The position numbers and the translations under genes are program-made. A DNA stretch of 64,000 nt from Halobacteriovoraceae bacterium (GTDB lineage Bacteria; Bdellovibrionota; Bacteriovoracia; Bacteriovoracales; Bacteriovoracaceae). Shown piece by piece: positions 60,483 through 64,000 of the stretch. The first letter of the stretch is position 1. Each line of letters opens with the position of its first letter. Location of the stretch: contig CAVRCF010000001.1 of NCBI GenBank assembly GCA_963719505.1, positions 192,001 to 256,000 of the forward strand, given 5' to 3'. The notes beneath the pieces were generated by a model. That model was given only the letters and a program-made list of their open reading frames with translations. It searched no databases and was not told the DNA's origin.

Positions 60483-61487
60483 ATGAAAAACATCCTTACC
60501 CTAGCCGTTCTTATTGTTTCTCTTAATGCTCTTGCGGCAAATAGGCTCAAAGATATCGTTTCGATAAAAGGTGTTCGAGATAACCCTCTTATTGGATACG
60601 GTCTAGTTATAGGACTTAACGGTACTGGTGATGGCGGTGGTGAAGTAACAAACTCATCCCTTCGAAAGATGTTTCAAACTCTTGGGCTTGATGCTCCAAC
60701 TGAGGTCAGTTCAAAAAATGTTGCGGCGGTAATCGTCACAGCAAAACTTCCTCCCTTTGGAAGAATAGGTCAAAAGCTTGATGTTACAGTCTCTTCGATT
60801 GGGGATTCAAGCTCCCTTGCTGGCGGAACTCTTCTTGTGACTCCCCTAAAAGGCGGAGACGGCAAGGTTTATGCCGTTGCCAATGGAGCTCTTTCCATCG
60901 GTGGACTAACTCAAGGTGCAAAGTTTGCAACAACAGGTGCGATCCCAAGTGGAGCGACTATAGAGCAGGAAATAGCTCTGTCATTTGATAAGAAAAAGTC
61001 GATTAGACTATCACTCAATAGACCTGACTTCACGACAGCGGCAAGAGTCGTTAAAACGATTAATGAAAACTTAGGTGGTCTTTTTGCTAGTGCATCAGAC
61101 TCTGCGACGATAGACCTTATTATTCCAACAAACTACGAAAGAGAAATCGTTAATCTTATAGCAATCATTGAAAACTATAGAGTGAACCAAGATCAAAAAG
61201 CTAAGATTGTCATCAACGAGAAGACCGGAACTATTGTTGCCGGAGGAGATGTCACTCTAAATCGCGTGGCCATAAGTCATGGAGACCTGACTATTGAGGT
61301 CGGAGATGCCAATGATAAAGGTAAAGATGGGAAAAAAGGTTCACTTTTCATGATAGAGCAAAAAACCACACTAAAAGAATTGGTCAATGCTTTGAATGCT
61401 ATTGGGACAAATCCGGACGATTTAATCTCTATTTTTCAAACACTTAAGACGAATGGGGCATTAATTGCCGATATCGAATTCATCTAA
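60483..61487 (+). CDS. flgI: Flagellar P-ring protein FlgI
   Basis: RLKDI..IKGVRDNPLIGYGLVIGLNGTGD, KNVAAVIVTA, PDFTTA, INEKTGTIV. Confidence 0.96.
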   Translation: MKNILTLAVLIVSLNALAANRLKDIVSIKGVRDNPLIGYGLVIGLNGTGDGGGEVTNSSLRKMFQTLGLDAPTEVSSKNVAAVIVTAKLPPFGRIGQKLDVTVSSIGDSSSLAGGTLLVTPLKGGDGKVYAVANGALSIGGLTQGAKFATTGAIPSGATIEQEIALSFDKKKSIRLSLNRPDFTTAARVVKTINENLGGLFASASDSATIDLIIPTNYEREIVNLIAIIENYRVNQDQKAKIVINEKTGTIVAGGDVTLNRVAISHGDLTIEVGDANDKGKDGKKGSLFMIEQKTTLKELVNALNAIGTNPDDLISIFQTLKTNGALIADIEFI

Positions 61488-61602
61488 TGTCAAAATAATT
61501 ACACAGAAGGCAATTTTTTTATAGCACCGCAAATACCATTAATGTTATAATTAAACCAAGAACTCGCTAGGATGGGGAGTTAGAAATAAACCAGGAAGGG
61601 TT

Positions 61603-61971
61603 ATGAACCAAATAAACAAACTTCCAAATTTACCAATTAAGCAAGAGACAGGTCAGACTGCCAAATACAAAAACGTCCCTAAACCCTACTTAGATGTAGC
61701 GAAAGGAATGGAAAAGCAGTTTATTAGTTATATGATCAGTCAGATGAATAATTCAGTTAAGTCTGAAAATGAAGACAGTAGTGCCCAGAAGTACTACAAG
61801 GGCTTAATGGATAATGAAAGAGCCGAAATTATGGCCAATACAAAAAATGGAATCGGCATGAAGGATTTAGTACTAGACCAAATCCTACCAAGCCACCTAA
61901 AGCAGCCTGCAAATGTTCAAGCTGCTGTTAAAAGATATCAGCATGAGGCTGACTCCAAAGGGGAGATCTAA
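61603..61971 (+). CDS. flgJ: Short FlgJ (rod-binding domain only)
   Basis: AKGMEKQFISYMISQM...YKGLMDNERAE.MA...GIGMKDLV; no muramidase domain. Confidence 0.8.
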   Translation: MNQINKLPNLPIKQETGQTAKYKNVPKPYLDVAKGMEKQFISYMISQMNNSVKSENEDSSAQKYYKGLMDNERAEIMANTKNGIGMKDLVLDQILPSHLKQPANVQAAVKRYQHEADSKGEI

Positions 61972-61972
61972 A

Positions 61973-62296
61973 ATGAGTACAATTGACACTAGAGCAAACT
62001 TTTTTCCACGTTCTAAAACAGCACAAGCTGAGAGGGCTCAGGCCAAGTCAGCAGCTGCGATGAAGAGAAATCCTTTTGAAAAGACTGCTGAAATTAATTC
62101 AAGTACTGCAAAGGATGCAAAGGTCTCTATCCCTGAGAAGATAAGAGATTTTTCAAGGATTAAGAAGGCGGTCGATATGGCTCCAGAAATCGATAATTCA
62201 GATAAAATTGCGAGCCTAAAAGCACAAATCCAAGCGGGAACTTACCAGCCAGATTACGATGCTCTCGCAGATAAAATTTTAACAACTGAATACTAA
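61973..62296 (+). CDS. flgM: Anti-sigma28 factor FlgM
   Basis: C-terminal DKIASLKAQIQAGTYQPDYDALADKIL; likely start MSTID at 61973 after the aggggag SD. Confidence 0.9.
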   Translation: MSTIDTRANFFPRSKTAQAERAQAKSAAAMKRNPFEKTAEINSSTAKDAKVSIPEKIRDFSRIKKAVDMAPEIDNSDKIASLKAQIQAGTYQPDYDALADKILTTEY

Positions 62297-62298
62297 GG

Positions 62299-62814
62299 AT
62301 GACCATGACGGAACAAGAACAATTAGTTTTAAATTTAAAACTCTCTGAGCTTAATTCAATTTGGAAAAGTTATTGTCAACTTCACACCGAACTGTATGAC
62401 TTAACTTGTGACGAGTACGTCCATCTCCTCGCCAGTGATATGGATGCACTAGAAAATACTCTTAGTGAAAAAAATTCTTTAATAGAGACGATTAATAAGA
62501 TTGAAGACAAAAGAACTGTTCTTATAGATGAGTTAAATGCAACTGGTAGTCATTTTAATATTGAAAAGATTACTGATGTTGTCGATGTTTGTAAAAGATT
62601 TGGTTCAAACGCCGAAGCTATTCAATTAGAGAAATACAATGCTCTTTTATTAGATATTATCATGAAGATTCAAGATCAAAATAAACTGAATCAATTATTT
62701 TTAAATAAAGCCATTCTCTCGTTGAGAGAATTAAAAGAAAGTTTTTCAGGAAGAAAGACTTATAAAACTTATGGTGCCAACGGAGCAACAAGCTCGAGGT
62801 CGGTAAATCCATAA
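62299..62814 (+). CDS. flgN: Flagellar export chaperone FlgN
   Basis: Helical protein with the IQDQNKLNQLFL pattern and TYG near the C-terminus; between flgM and flgK. Confidence 0.8.
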   Translation: MTMTEQEQLVLNLKLSELNSIWKSYCQLHTELYDLTCDEYVHLLASDMDALENTLSEKNSLIETINKIEDKRTVLIDELNATGSHFNIEKITDVVDVCKRFGSNAEAIQLEKYNALLLDIIMKIQDQNKLNQLFLNKAILSLRELKESFSGRKTYKTYGANGATSSRSVNP

Positions 62815-62842
62815 ATTGACAGCTCGATACAAGAGGTAGACG

Positions 62843-64000
62843 TTGACTGTAGATTTATTTAGCATTGGAAGCTCATCACTTAGGACCTCAAAGAGGTCTC
62901 TTGAGACGACGTCCCATAATATTTCTAACGCCAACACCGAAGGCTACACTCGCCAAAGAGTTTCTCTTGAGACTAACCAACCTATTCAAGAAGGAAGTAA
63001 TGTTCTTGGAAACGGTGTTAACGTTAAAGAAGTTAGACGTGTTCACGATAACCTTATTGAAAAAAGTCTTACCCGTGCAATGTCTAACAACTCTTTTGAC
63101 TCGGAAAGAGAATATCAGCTAGAAAGAGTTGAAGAAGTTTTTAACGAGATAAATTCTGATGGGCTCAATAAGGTTCTTAACCGATTTTTTAACTCTTTTA
63201 GAGAACTTTCAAATCAACCAGAAAATGAAGTTGTCAGGTCAGTTGTAAGAGACAATGCTAATATTGTTGCATCAGACTTTAAGAGAATTCACGATACCAT
63301 TGGAAATATCCGAGAAAATATCGATAGAAAAGTGACATCAACAGTCGATGATATCAATCTCTTTACCACTAATATCACCAAGCTTAACAAAGAGATCGTT
63401 CGCCTAGAAAACACAGGTGGACACGCTAATGACCTGCGCGATCAAAGAGACCAGATTGTTAGAAACATCGCTGAGTACTTTACAGTTCATACTTATGAAG
63501 ACAAAAAAGGACAGTACGTTGTTAATGTTCAAGGTGTCGGAACTCTCGTGACAGGCGGAGTGACAAATAAGTTAATAGCCGTAAGAGACTCTGGCCCTGA
63601 AGGTGCAAAAGGCAAAGGCAAAGTTGAAATTCAATTGGAAGGAAGACCAGGAAAGCCTGTTTCGCAAAAGTTTTTGAAAGGCTCAATTCAAGCCATGATC
63701 AATACCAGAGATAACGAGATAGAAAAACTATCCAATGACTTAGATGAATTGGCCCACGGTTTAGCGAAATCAACAAATGCTATTCACAGAAGAGGATTTG
63801 TTAATAAAAAAATACCCACTGATCAAAATGGAAATATTGTTCACAGTGAGAATTCAAGATTCACTGGGATCAACTTCTTTAAAGAACCAACGGGTGTTAA
63901 AAATGCTGCAGGAATGTTGGATTTAAGTGATGAGGTTAAAACTGATCTCAATAATATCTCAACGGGTCTAAATCCAAATGCTCCCGGAGATAACAGGGTT
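62843..64000 (+). CDS. flgK: Hook-associated protein FlgK (5' part; runs off the window)
   Basis: Not in the ORF track. TTG start after gaggt gives MTVDLFSIGSSSL...TSHNISNANTEGYTRQRV...GNGV...ANDLRDQRD. Confidence 0.93.
   Translation, partial: MTVDLFSIGSSSLRTSKRSLETTSHNISNANTEGYTRQRVSLETNQPIQEGSNVLGNGVNVKEVRRVHDNLIEKSLTRAMSNNSFDSEREYQLERVEEVFNEINSDGLNKVLNRFFNSFRELSNQPENEVVRSVVRDNANIVASDFKRIHDTIGNIRENIDRKVTSTVDDINLFTTNITKLNKEIVRLENTGGHANDLRDQRDQIVRNIAEYFTVHTYEDKKGQYVVNVQGVGTLVTGGVTNKLIAVRDSGPEGAKGKGKVEIQLEGRPGKPVSQKFLKGSIQAMINTRDNEIEKLSNDLDELAHGLAKSTNAIHRRGFVNKKIPTDQNGNIVHSENSRFTGINFFKEPTGVKNAAGMLDLSDEVKTDLNNISTGLNPNAPGDNRV

Noticed and set aside
61445-61474. Sigma28 promoter (GCCGATAT) at the end of flgI
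   Set aside because: The -10-like octamer is within coding sequence and there is no TAAA at the required 15-nt spacing.

Overview
Core-genome window from an AT-rich Gram-negative bacterium. Protein sequences and gene content suggest Bdellovibrionota, probably Bacteriovoracaceae/Halobacteriovorax-like (inference, no database search). From left to right: a partial GT4 glycosyltransferase, an M16 zinc protease, a three-gene biotin-dependent acyl-CoA carboxylase, a sigma54 activator with a PocR-like sensor and a TlpA thioredoxin. Next is a ~32.6 kb minus-strand translation/transcription super-cluster (tRNA Thr-Tyr-Gly-Thr, tuf, tRNA-Trp, secE, nusG, rplKAJL, rpoBC, rpsLG, fusA, tuf, the S10, spc and alpha genes), which lacks rpmG, map and rpsD. 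After it come rlmB, proS, lpxC, ruvCAB, folD-gcvT-gcvH, a TonB-like protein, PBP1A, a degenerate patatin-like lipoprotein, xseB and the flagellar operon flgFGAHIJMNK (flgK runs off the window). Most genes in the conserved ribosomal block carry multiple small indels, almost certainly assembly/consensus errors, so their coordinates were reconstructed by hand and the ends are approximate. I saw no mobile elements, CRISPR arrays, rRNA or defence islands. The best leads are: (1) FlgG appears to carry a Sec-type signal peptide fused precisely in front of the canonical N-terminus, beside remodelled FlgH and FlgI; (2) the str-operon EF-G is divergent, recycling-type-like, and separated from rpsG by a terminator; (3) the two tuf paralogues are unusually divergent; (4) there are tandem L1 operators and several structured RNAs inside the S10 operon; (5) a catalytically dead patatin-fold lipoprotein is coupled to PBP1A.
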